From Thermodesulfobacteriota bacterium (lineage in GTDB: Bacteria > Desulfobacterota_D > UBA1144 > Nemesobacterales > JAJCZQ01): 64,000 nt of DNA. The translations under genes were made by a program, and so were the position numbers. The stretch is taken from NCBI GenBank assembly GCA_965215275.1, contig OZ244044.1, forward strand, positions 64,001 to 128,000, in the 5' to 3' direction. Each line of letters begins with the position of its first letter. The stretch's first letter is position 1. The notes under the pieces are model-generated. The model was not told where the DNA came from. It did not search any database and saw only the letters and a program-made list of their open reading frames with translations. Positions 30,084-39,058 of the stretch are shown one piece after another.

Positions 30084-31376
30084 ATGAAGAAGATTTGCGT
30101 CTTGTTGTTGATGCTTACCTTGTTTTTTGCCGTTTCGTGTGATGATGACGACGGTGGCGTACAAGTCGTACAAGGTGGAACAGTAGAAGTAGAAGAACCA
30201 AGAAACAGTTGGCTGATTTTCCATCCTAATCCTCAATCTGACGGTAGTGAAGGTGATTTAACTGAGGAAAGAGATGTAACAGAGTTGGAAGAATACGGCA
30301 AAGAAGGTGTACGTGTCTATGGCAAATTTATGGATGCTCTATCCACGGACAATTCAGGCTGGGCTGCTTACAGATGGAGTTCTCGTCATGATTTTACTGA
30401 TGATGGGAATAATACTCCTGATGCTACGGACTGTGATGGTGCATATAAGGTTTCTTACGTAGAAAGAGCGGTAGATAACTATTTTGTAGGGGCAGGAGTG
30501 TGTCTTGGTACCTTTAATAATCCTTCCGTTAATAATTATCACGACGACGCTAGAGTTGCAAATCTGCGATTTTTGATCAATCAAGCTTTAGGTAGTGGTT
30601 CAGGTATAGACGATTTTGAGCGTGCTAATCCTGACACTAACGATGCTGCTGTTAATACTGCTATTGAAACTGTATGTGACACATTTTCCACTCCAACATC
30701 CATAGATAGTTATGTGAGCAATACAGATATAGAAAATGAAAATGGGGAACTTTACCTGTTTATAGCAGAGGTAGTAGGAGATACTACAGTAGTACCTTCA
30801 GTAGTATCTTCAGTAAACGTCTTATGTCATCCTGATTCAGAAATAGAAGGCACAGATATCTACGGAGTTACGGATGATTCTGGAAGGGCATATATAAAAG
30901 AAGCAGTAGATGAGCTATATGAATTAGAAGGTGATACTATTAGAGATTACACAGTAATAGAAGGTGTCTGGAGTGTATACACGGTTCCAAAACTTAACGA
31001 CGCAGGAGGAGGAAACTACAATTTGGAACCTGATACTTTGAATGACCCACCTAAACTCAGTTATTTCAGGATATCTGGTAATATTGGTGAGAATAACAGA
31101 CGATTTATAGTAGGGGCAGGGATCTATCTTGATGCAAATAACGCAAATGAGGCCACCGGTAACGAGCTTAAAGTTATTAGACAAAGGGTAAGAACGGCCG
31201 TTGGACTCTTGAGAGGAGAAGAGATCGCTGAAGAGGAGGAATTAAGCAGTCTGTTCGCTGATGGAAATGCTTTTATTGCTGATGGAAGTGAGTTCATTTT
31301 AAATGCTGATCCTGTCGACCAAAATGATATGATCATTGATCCAGAGGCATACATTTTTGTCTGGGAAAACCGGTAG
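30084..31376 (+). CDS. Acidic lipoprotein with tandem Cache-like motifs, copy 2
   Basis: Paralog of 7743-9074 with the same signal peptide/lipobox, NSGWAAYRWSS, GELYLFIAEV, DDSGRAYIKE, NDPPKLSYFRISG and YIFVWENR. Confidence 0.75.
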   Translation: MKKICVLLLMLTLFFAVSCDDDDGGVQVVQGGTVEVEEPRNSWLIFHPNPQSDGSEGDLTEERDVTELEEYGKEGVRVYGKFMDALSTDNSGWAAYRWSSRHDFTDDGNNTPDATDCDGAYKVSYVERAVDNYFVGAGVCLGTFNNPSVNNYHDDARVANLRFLINQALGSGSGIDDFERANPDTNDAAVNTAIETVCDTFSTPTSIDSYVSNTDIENENGELYLFIAEVVGDTTVVPSVVSSVNVLCHPDSEIEGTDIYGVTDDSGRAYIKEAVDELYELEGDTIRDYTVIEGVWSVYTVPKLNDAGGGNYNLEPDTLNDPPKLSYFRISGNIGENNRRFIVGAGIYLDANNANEATGNELKVIRQRVRTAVGLLRGEEIAEEEELSSLFADGNAFIADGSEFILNADPVDQNDMIIDPEAYIFVWENR

Positions 31377-31438
31377 TTCCTGGTAGTTTTCATTCTCGAG
31401 CGGTCAGCGAGAGATTGTGTGATCAATGTATTAGACGT

Positions 31439-31488
31439 AAACAGGGTTAACCGAGTGTCATCCTGACGTTCAGTTAACCCTGTTTTTT
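31439..31488 (+). terminator. Long-stem intrinsic terminator (copy of 9142-9191)
   Basis: AAACAGGGTTAAC...TGTCATCCTGACG...GTTAACCCTG followed by T6. Confidence 0.8.
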
Positions 31489-31539
31489 AGTTTTGTGTGT
31501 GAATATGTTTAATATTTATGAAATTAGGGACGGTTTTAG

Positions 31540-31796
31540 GTAGACCTGGACAAAATCATTATCTGAAATGGTCTGTAAGATAATACCCTGAAGTATTCAA
31601 ATGCGTGGTTGAGGTTGTAAAAACGAACATCCGCTAAGTAATTTCATCACTGAAGTCGTGTGGGTCTTTATTTAGGGGACGTTATCAGAGTGATCTTCCC
31701 GACCTTTATGATAAGTGCACTATATTCATTAAAAGCAGCGTGGTCTTCTTCAAATGGGTATCATACCGTGCCTGTAAAGTATCCTATAGTGTATTT
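31540..31796. pseudogene. Decayed duplicate of the rplT 3' end and the endonuclease III gene 3' end
   Basis: Collinear with 10586-10904 (GTAGACCTGGACA, TTATCTGAAATGG, TCATCACTGAAGTCGTG, CTTCCCGACCTTTATGATAAGTGC, ATGGGTATCATACCGTGCCTGTAAAGTATCCT), with substitutions and deletions. Confidence 0.9.
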
Positions 31797-31817
31797 CTAT
31801 GTATATAATTCCTATTT

Positions 31818-32543
31818 TTAAATATCTCCAAAGTGAAACTGGACAATCGATACAGAAGCTATTGCGGCAGTTTCAGACTTTAATATTCTTGGACCCAAGC
31901 ATACTGTTTTTATTTTCCGAAGTTCAGATCTTTGAATTTCTTTTTCTGAAAAGCCCCCTTCGGGTCCAATTATCAGATTTACAGTGGAAACTCCTTTATC
32001 AAAGGCTTCCAGATCTCTGTTTAGTTTAATATTATCGTTCTTTTCATAAAAAAGCAGATTCACTGCTCCCTCAGGCAGGGTTCTGATTATATCATTGTAA
32101 TTTTGAGGTTCTTTAATCTCAACTGGCTGACTTCTTCCTGATTGTTTGCATGATTCCAGGGCGATCTTCGACCATCTTTTTACCTTATCTGTATGCTGAA
32201 CGACCGTCCGCTCCGTATATATGGGAGTGAGGGTCTTTACACCCAGTTCGCTGCATTTCTGAACTATGAGGTCCATCTTGTTTCCCTTGAGAATAGACTG
32301 GAACAAGCAGATATTTAATCTGGATTCGTTGTCTAATATTGATGATGTTTGAATTTCAGCAGTTAATTCTTTACCTGAGATAGATTTTATAACTGCCTGA
32401 TATATAATGGAGTTTTCATCAAACAGTTCTATTTTTTCTCCCTTCTTACATCTCAATACCTTTACAATATGCTTATAATTATCCCCGGATATACTTATCT
32501 GGTTTTCTTTTATTTGTAAGCTTGATACAGGGAACCTTGGCAT
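31818..32543 (-). CDS. rsmE: 16S rRNA m3U1498 methyltransferase
   Basis: HIVKVLR, QKCSELG, IIGPEGGFS and LGPRILKSETA motifs. Confidence 0.96.
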   Translation of the reverse strand: MPRFPVSSLQIKENQISISGDNYKHIVKVLRCKKGEKIELFDENSIIYQAVIKSISGKELTAEIQTSSILDNESRLNICLFQSILKGNKMDLIVQKCSELGVKTLTPIYTERTVVQHTDKVKRWSKIALESCKQSGRSQPVEIKEPQNYNDIIRTLPEGAVNLLFYEKNDNIKLNRDLEAFDKGVSTVNLIIGPEGGFSEKEIQRSELRKIKTVCLGPRILKSETAAIASVSIVQFHFGDI

Positions 32544-32555
32544 TTTAATACTCGA

Positions 32556-34094
32556 TCATTTGAACTGCTTGGAAGTCTTGGAACAGTATTCGAGCAACTT
32601 GGCAACCAATCCCTCGATTGTGTGCTCTTTAGCGGTAATTACCGGTTTAAATCCACTGGACAGTAAAGTGTCAGACGTTATTGGACCTATTGACGCACAG
32701 TCCGCGTTGTGTAGATATATAGAGTCCTTACCCAGTATTTTCAGAAAGTTGTTTACACTGGAAGAACTTAGAAAGGTAACAAGGTTTACCTTATTTGATC
32801 TGAGCATCTCTATAAACTCTTTCTTTACCGAGGGTTTAATCCTGGGCATTACAGTTTCATAACAGTTCACAACGGTAACCCTGCCGTTTAGCTTTTTTAG
32901 TGTTGCTGGTAGAGCATCTCGACCGATCCTTGATCTTGGTATTAAAAAGTTCCTGCCTTCAATATCAGATGGTTTCAGGCTGGATATTATTCCTTCCGCC
33001 GTGTATTCTGATGGAACGATATCGGACGATAGTCCGTAGTTTTTCAGTTCATAATCTGTTTCTTTACCAATTGCTATGATCGTTTTGCCGAAAAATATCC
33101 TTGCATCAAGTCTGTTGTGCAAAACCCTTGAAAGAAAGTATTTAACGCCGTTAACGCTGGTAAAGATCACATAGTCGAATTTACCCATGTTCTTGATCGC
33201 TCCGTCGGTCCCTTTCTGAGAGTTCATTGGGACCGTTTCAATGGTCGGGAACTCAATTACGTTGGCACCGTATGAACTTAACATGTCGTGGAATTTTGAT
33301 GCCTGATCTTCTGCTCTTGTAATCACTATGTTCTTTCCAAAGAGAGGTTTTTTCTCGTACCAGTTTATCTGCTCTTTCAGGTTCACTATTTTCCCCACCA
33401 ATATAATTGCTGGAGATTTTATGGATGGGTCTGAAGAAACCATCTTCGTTATACTTCCGACAGTTGCCGTAATTGATCTTTGCTTCGGGATGGTACCCCA
33501 TGAAATCACCATGGCTGGTGTGTCTTCTGGCACCTTTTCTTTCATCAGTTTTTTCATAATAAGTGAGATGTTTTTCAGTGCCATAACAAAAACCATAGTG
33601 TCTTGCTTCGATATTGCTTTCCAGTTCAGCCTGGAATCTGGCTTAGATGGGCTTTCATGTCCGGTAATAACGGTAAAGGAGGAGTTGTAACTCCTGTGAG
33701 TAAGCGGTACGCCTGAGTAAGCTGGGACAGAACTGATAGAACTAACGCCAGGCACGACTTCTATCGTAATTCCGGCATTGACCATGGCTTCTGCCTCTTC
33801 TCCTCCGCGGCCGAATATGAACGGGTCGCCTCCCTTTAATCTCGCCACGGTTTTGTTTCTTCCAGCGTAGTATATGAGCTTTTTATTTATCTGGGTCTGG
33901 GTGCTCTCTTTCTTACCGGGAGTTTTACCAACGTAGATCAGTTTTGCGGATTCTTTGCAGAAATTCAGCAGTTTCCTGTTTATTAATGCGTCATATACGA
34001 CAACGTCTGCGGTCTTTAGTATATTCTTACCCTTAAGGGTTAATAATTCAGGGTCGCCGGGACCGGCACCTATAAGATAGACTACTGCTTCCAT
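32556..34094 (-). CDS. cobA: Uroporphyrinogen-III C-methyltransferase / synthase fusion (CobA-HemD)
   Basis: GAGPGDPELLT and LKGGDPFIFGRGGEE, followed by HemD motifs FTSVNGV and SIGPIT. Confidence 0.95.
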   Translation of the reverse strand: MEAVVYLIGAGPGDPELLTLKGKNILKTADVVVYDALINRKLLNFCKESAKLIYVGKTPGKKESTQTQINKKLIYYAGRNKTVARLKGGDPFIFGRGGEEAEAMVNAGITIEVVPGVSSISSVPAYSGVPLTHRSYNSSFTVITGHESPSKPDSRLNWKAISKQDTMVFVMALKNISLIMKKLMKEKVPEDTPAMVISWGTIPKQRSITATVGSITKMVSSDPSIKSPAIILVGKIVNLKEQINWYEKKPLFGKNIVITRAEDQASKFHDMLSSYGANVIEFPTIETVPMNSQKGTDGAIKNMGKFDYVIFTSVNGVKYFLSRVLHNRLDARIFFGKTIIAIGKETDYELKNYGLSSDIVPSEYTAEGIISSLKPSDIEGRNFLIPRSRIGRDALPATLKKLNGRVTVVNCYETVMPRIKPSVKKEFIEMLRSNKVNLVTFLSSSSVNNFLKILGKDSIYLHNADCASIGPITSDTLLSSGFKPVITAKEHTIEGLVAKLLEYCSKTSKQFK

Positions 34095-34172
34095 TATATC
34101 TGAAAAAGAAACCGCAGACGTACCATATTGTCAAGTATTATAGCTGCTGGTACTGAATGACTGACGGCAATT

Positions 34173-35414
34173 TTACTCCCAAAGCAGATGTAGAGGGACG
34201 GCATAAAGTCCATCTCCGAAAGTGCCGCTGGTATTGCCGTTGTAAACTACCACGCCTCCTGCAAATTTTTTTCCTGCAGCCGTTTTAAACCTGCGCAACC
34301 CACGAAAATCAGATTTCCTTATCGTTGCAGACGCCTTGACGTCCACGCCTGCGAATTCGGTTCCTCTTTGTATCACGATATCCACTTCTGCACCTTTTTT
34401 TTCACGATAGTGAAAAAATTCATGCAGGTCTTCATGTCCGCTCGCCTGGCGTCTCAGTTCCTGCAGAACAAACGTTTCAAGAACATGGCCAAATAACGAA
34501 CGGTCTTCGACCAGTGCTGCTGGATTCATGTTCATCAGGGCACAGGCAATACCCGTGTCACCAAGATGGAGTTTTGCGGTTTTTACCATCTTTTTCGTAG
34601 GATTTTTGTACCAGGGTGGTATTTTCTCCCACAGAAACATATTCCTAAGTAGTGACATATAGTCCTGAATTGTAGTTCTGCTGAGCTGGAAGGACGATGC
34701 CAGCGAGTTTACATTCAGCAGTTGAGCGGTTTGAGTTGCCATCAAAACAAGCAGGTCGGACAGGATTTCTGGTGACCGGATGAGTGGGGCAATGTCTGAT
34801 ACATCTCGCTGAAGGATCGTTTCAATGTAGTTTTTATACCAAGTAGCTTGTTTCCTTGCACTGGATAGTTTCAGTGCCACTGGGTATCCGCCTGCTGTAA
34901 TTCTGCTTGCAGTGTTTTCCTGCGAGGTTTCCTTATGCTTATTATGTCTAAAGTCAGCGGAAAACAGTGCATCGAGAAATTTAGGATGGTTTTGTGATAG
35001 TTCGCTTTGGGATAGAGGCCGCAGTTTAATAATAATCATACGTCCAGCCAAAGAATCTGTTAATTGACGCACTTGTAGAACATTTACCGAACCGGTCAGT
35101 ATAAAACGTCCTGCCTTGCGGTTGCGGTCAACGGACAACTTGATCGTGGAAAAAAGTCCAGGAACTTTCTGTATTTCATCCAGTATTACCTTGTCAGGCA
35201 AGTTTTGCACAAAACCAATGGGGTCGTTTTTGGCAAAACTGCGTGTATCTTCATCATCAAAGCTTCTGTAGTCATATCCAGCGACTTTGCCCACCATACA
35301 TGCGAGTGTTGTCTTACCGCACTGGCGAGGTCCCTGTACTAACACGACGGGTGAGTCTTGCAAGGATTCTTTCAAGCGTGTTTCGATGTGACGTTTATAG
35401 ATAACTTTTTTCAT
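34173..35414 (-). CDS. AAA+ ATPase with wHTH-like and C-terminal PD-(D/E)XK-like domains (AAA_14/DUF4143 type)
   Basis: Walker A GPRQCGKT, Walker B ILDEIQ, LTGS, SLAGR, GGYP; helix-turn-helix-like NVNSLASSFQLSRTTIQDYMSLL; KLHLGDTG; EVDIV...VDVK. Confidence 0.9.
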   Translation of the reverse strand: MKKVIYKRHIETRLKESLQDSPVVLVQGPRQCGKTTLACMVGKVAGYDYRSFDDEDTRSFAKNDPIGFVQNLPDKVILDEIQKVPGLFSTIKLSVDRNRKAGRFILTGSVNVLQVRQLTDSLAGRMIIIKLRPLSQSELSQNHPKFLDALFSADFRHNKHKETSQENTASRITAGGYPVALKLSSARKQATWYKNYIETILQRDVSDIAPLIRSPEILSDLLVLMATQTAQLLNVNSLASSFQLSRTTIQDYMSLLRNMFLWEKIPPWYKNPTKKMVKTAKLHLGDTGIACALMNMNPAALVEDRSLFGHVLETFVLQELRRQASGHEDLHEFFHYREKKGAEVDIVIQRGTEFAGVDVKASATIRKSDFRGLRRFKTAAGKKFAGGVVVYNGNTSGTFGDGLYAVPLHLLWE

Positions 35415-35423
35415 ATTTAATCA

Positions 35424-35429
35424 AGTATA
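35424..35429 (-). promoter_or_regulatory. Putative -10 box of the ATPase gene (near-leaderless transcript)
   Basis: TATACT ends 9 nt before the ATG; no Shine-Dalgarno sequence. Confidence 0.45.
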
Positions 35430-35431
35430 AC

Positions 35432-35650
35432 TTTAAAAGGGTACTGATTGTTAGTTTAGAGGGGGTACTGATTGTCAGTTTGAAGGGGGTGCTGATTGTC
35501 AGTTTGAAGGGGGTGCTGATTGTCAGTTTGAAGGGGGTACTGATTGTCAGTTTGAAGGGGGTACTGATTGTCAGTTTGAAGGGGGTACTGATTGTCAGTT
35601 TGAAGAGGGTACTGATTGTTAGTTTGAAGAGGGTACTGATTGTTAGTTTA
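35432..35650. repeat. Tandem array, 9 x 24 bp (consensus TTTGAAGGGGGTACTGATTGTCAG), with an internal palindrome
   Basis: Units start at 35432, 35455, 35479, 35503, 35527, 35551, 35575, 35599 and 35623; the consensus contains ACTGA-TTG-TCAGT. Confidence 0.97.
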
Positions 35651-36321
35651 ATGAGAGAGTAAGGGTAGGTAGAGGGAAAGCGGGTGGAAGTTTCCAGAAC
35701 TTAAATACCTTCCGTGAAAGCTATTTTAAATGGCATAATTAGAAGACTATTTATGGAAATAGTGTACTGTAGTAATCAAGAGAAAAGCTAACGGAAAAAA
35801 TGCCCAAGGCCATCAAGGTTTCAGCCTTTTTGGTAAGAATTTCCCAAAAGAAAAGCTATCTTTAAAATAAAGAGTTTTTGAATGTAGTAATTAACATTTT
35901 TAACAAAGGCAATATTGTGTTGGGTGGAATATTTGTATGAATCCTGCGAATCCTGATGGATGCTGATAAGTTATCAATTTTAAGAAAAAAAAACAGTTCC
36001 TGTTACCAAAATATTAAAGGTTGTGTCAAGCAATCTTTATCAGTCGCTGGTTTTGCGTTTGTCTTTCATTTCAACAGTTATATAACAATAACTGTTGTAA
36101 CAGCAAAAAAGATAAACCTAATAAACAAGAGACACTGACCTCCCTGTTCTCAATGATCGTTTGTTTACTATTCCAACTGAAAAGTATGCTGGTTAGAATA
36201 TTAAAGGAATATAAGCAGAAACGGTGGTGCTTTTCTCGTTGTATCCCTAAATTCATTGCAAGTGGTTGAAGGTAAGCATTCAAATCTGTATCCTTAAAGC
36301 GGAACAAAATAACTGACACAA

Positions 36322-38334
36322 GTGCATAGAAAGTTCAATCTTGATAGCGATTTCAAACCCAAAGGGGATCAGCCTGCGGCAATTGATAAACTCGTGCAAG
36401 GCATCGATCAAGGTATAACCGATCAGGTGCTTCTTGGGGTTACAGGCAGTGGAAAGACCTTCACCATTGCAAATGTAATCAGTGAAGTACAAAAGCCCAC
36501 GCTTGTTTTAGCCCACAACAAAACCCTTGCCGCTCAACTTTTTTCCGAAATAAAAGGGTATTTTCCTGATAACGAAGTGCATTATTTTGTAAGTTACTAC
36601 GACTACTATCAGCCTGAGGCATATGTACCTGAAACGGATACTTACATAGAAAAGGACGTATCGATAAATGAGGTTATAGACAGGCTTCGCCACGCGGCAA
36701 CGACTTCGCTTTTCGAAAAGAGAGACGTGATCATCGTGGCAAGCGTATCTTCGATCTATGGTATTGGTTCGCCTTCAGACTACTACGGGATGCTCACGAT
36801 CCTTAAAAAGGGCAGTGAATTCTCAAGAGACGAACTGCTGAAAAAACTTACCGAGGTTCAGTACACGAGAAAGAGCACGTACCTTGAACGGGGGACTTTC
36901 AGATCCAGGGGGGACATTGTGGACGTTTTTCCGTCTGATAAGGATGATTCCGCGTACAGAATTGAGTTTTTTGGAAATGAAGTGGAAAAGATCAAGGAAA
37001 TAGACCCGGTAAGCGGCAGGACAAAACGAGAGCTTTTAAAAGTCACTATTTTCCCCGGGTCCCATTACGTTGCTCCCAAGGAGAAATTAAAACAGGCGAT
37101 AAGAACAATAAAGAAAGAACTTCAGGAAAGGCTTGCTTACTTTCAGAAAAACAATATGGAACTTGAGAGAAACAGATTAAAGGAACGAACGAACTACGAT
37201 CTTGAACTGTTTGAAACTATGGGATTCTGTCCCGGTATTGAAAATTATTCAAGGCATATATCGGGAAGAAAGGAGGGAGAGGCCCCTTATACTCTGATGG
37301 ACTACTTTCCAAATGATTTTCTCTGTATCGTTGATGAAAGCCACCAGATGTTGCCCCAGATAAGAGCTATGTACCACGGGGACAGAAGCCGAAAGCGGTC
37401 GCTCGTGGACAACGGGTTCAGACTGCCTTCAGCTCTGGACAACAGGCCTCTTAACTTTGATGAGTTCGTGGAAAAATTGGGGCAGGTTATATATGTTTCA
37501 GCCACCCCGGCACAATACGAATTAAGCAGAAGCTGTGGGAGCGTGGTTGAGCAGATAATAAGACCCACAGGACTGCAGGACCCGGAAATAACTATTAAAC
37601 CTGCTACCGATCAAGTTGATGACCTTCTTGCTGAGATCCGGCTTGTGGTGAAAAACAAGGAACGGGTGCTGGTAACGACGTTAACAAAAAGAATGGCGGA
37701 AGACCTTACTGCGTACTACCGGGAGATAGGCGTGAGGATAAGATATCTTCATTCTGACGTTGAAACGCTTGAAAGGATGAAAGTGATAAGAGACCTGAGG
37801 ATGGGAGAATATGACGTTTTGGTCGGTATAAATATGCTCCGTGAAGGGCTTGATATTCCGGAAGTTTCGCTCGTGGCGATACTTGATGCGGACAGTGAAG
37901 GTTTTCTAAGGTCTGAGACATCATTGATCCAGACGTTCGGAAGAGCGGCAAGGAACGTGAACGGCAGGGTTATATTATACGCCGACAGGGTTACGGACTC
38001 GATAAAAAGAGCGATGAGGGAATCTGACAGAAGAAAGAGCATTCAGATGAAGTACAATAAGGAGAACAACATTACACCAGTGAGCATTACAAAGAACATA
38101 ACCAATATACTGAGTTCGATATACGAGTCTGATTACGTGACCGTTCCAAAGGATATGGACGACGACTATACGGATATACCGCCGGATAAGATACCGAAAG
38201 AGATCAAAAGGCTTTTCAAGGAGATGAAACTTGCAGCCAAGGACCTTGAATATGAAAAGGCGGCTGAAAACAAGAAAAAGATCGACAAGTTGAAAGAAAT
38301 GGAAACTGCATACCTGAAGGAGCAGAAAAACTAG
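36322..38334 (+). CDS. uvrB: Excinuclease ABC subunit B
   Basis: [24 protein letters not shown] and GRAARN motifs. Confidence 0.98.
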   Translation: MHRKFNLDSDFKPKGDQPAAIDKLVQGIDQGITDQVLLGVTGSGKTFTIANVISEVQKPTLVLAHNKTLAAQLFSEIKGYFPDNEVHYFVSYYDYYQPEAYVPETDTYIEKDVSINEVIDRLRHAATTSLFEKRDVIIVASVSSIYGIGSPSDYYGMLTILKKGSEFSRDELLKKLTEVQYTRKSTYLERGTFRSRGDIVDVFPSDKDDSAYRIEFFGNEVEKIKEIDPVSGRTKRELLKVTIFPGSHYVAPKEKLKQAIRTIKKELQERLAYFQKNNMELERNRLKERTNYDLELFETMGFCPGIENYSRHISGRKEGEAPYTLMDYFPNDFLCIVDESHQMLPQIRAMYHGDRSRKRSLVDNGFRLPSALDNRPLNFDEFVEKLGQVIYVSATPAQYELSRSCGSVVEQIIRPTGLQDPEITIKPATDQVDDLLAEIRLVVKNKERVLVTTLTKRMAEDLTAYYREIGVRIRYLHSDVETLERMKVIRDLRMGEYDVLVGINMLREGLDIPEVSLVAILDADSEGFLRSETSLIQTFGRAARNVNGRVILYADRVTDSIKRAMRESDRRKSIQMKYNKENNITPVSITKNITNILSSIYESDYVTVPKDMDDDYTDIPPDKIPKEIKRLFKEMKLAAKDLEYEKAAENKKKIDKLKEMETAYLKEQKN

Positions 38335-38461
38335 AAAACATCCGTCAGTGTTTACCCATTATACCTGCCATACTTTGATAAGTTCTCAGGTTGTGCAATA
38401 CCCTCTTGACCTCCCATAAGCCAGGGAGAATAAGTCCGTCTTGTTGAAACTGGTGAATTTT

Positions 38462-38485
38462 TGCCTCTTCAGGGAAAAAGAGGCA
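38462..38485. terminator. Hairpin downstream of uvrB (possible terminator)
   Basis: TGCCTCTT...AAGAGGCA; lacks a clear T-tract on the + strand. Confidence 0.35.
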
Positions 38486-38494
38486 GATGATTCC

Positions 38495-38523
38495 TTGCTC
38501 TAAATACAACCATTATGTATTAT
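38495..38523 (+). promoter_or_regulatory. Sigma70 promoter of the rimP-nusA-infB operon
   Basis: TTGCTC-17 bp-TATTAT. Confidence 0.6.
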
Positions 38524-38531
38524 TTACTCTG

Positions 38532-38557
38532 AAAAAGCGGTTTAACCGCTTTTTTTT
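38532..38557 (+). terminator. rimP leader terminator/attenuator
   Basis: AAAAAGCGGT-TTA-ACCGC followed by T8, between the promoter and the rimP start. Confidence 0.7.
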
Positions 38558-38575
38558 ATTGTTTGAGTAATAAAA

Positions 38576-39049
38576 ATGTTGGAATATGGCGAAAACAGCG
38601 TTGTTAAAAGCGTGGAGGAGCTATCTGATCCGCTCCTTAACAGTTGTGATATGGAACTTGTTGATATTGAATACAGAAAAGAGGGTAAGGGTAAGGTGTT
38701 AAGGGTCTATATTGACAAGGCAGCAGGGGGAGTAACCGTTGATGACTGTGCTAATATAAGCAGGGAACTGGGACTGATACTGGACGTTAATGACGTTGTG
38801 CCCGGTGGGTATACACTCGAGGTATCTTCTCCCGGTTTAAAAAGGGTACTTAAAAAGATAGAGGATTTTAAAAGGTTCAAGGGAAGTTTTGTATCGGTTA
38901 AGACAGAGGAACTGATAAACGACAGAAAGACGTTTAAGGGAACCCTGGATGATTGCCTGTTGGATCATATAGTGGTTGAAATGGACGGTACATTGCATGA
39001 AATCCCTTTTGGGTTAATAAAAAAAGCAAACTTGGAAATTAATTTTTAA
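38576..39049 (+). CDS. rimP: Ribosome maturation factor RimP
   Basis: LRVYIDK, VDDC and YTLEVSSPG motifs. Confidence 0.96.
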   Translation: MLEYGENSVVKSVEELSDPLLNSCDMELVDIEYRKEGKGKVLRVYIDKAAGGVTVDDCANISRELGLILDVNDVVPGGYTLEVSSPGLKRVLKKIEDFKRFKGSFVSVKTEELINDRKTFKGTLDDCLLDHIVVEMDGTLHEIPFGLIKKANLEINF

Positions 39050-39058
39050 TGAGGTGAG

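Noticed and set aside
7743..31376. Diversity-generating retroelement explaining the paralog differences
   Set aside because: No reverse transcriptase, and differences include large indels rather than adenine-specific substitutions
32494..32504. Target of the putative TnpB guide in rsmE
   Set aside because: Only an 11-nt partial match (CTTATCTGGTT) that excludes the predicted guide 5' end; compatible with chance
35432..35650. CRISPR array
   Set aside because: Units are head-to-tail with no unique spacers, and there are no cas genes in the window
35480..35662. 60-aa ORF of KGVLIVSL repeats
   Set aside because: By-product of a stop-free 24-bp repeat; TTG start inside the array and no RBS
35956..36319. 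Short overlapping ORFs in the ATPase-uvrB gap
   Set aside because: No RBS or motifs; mutually overlapping in AT-rich DNA
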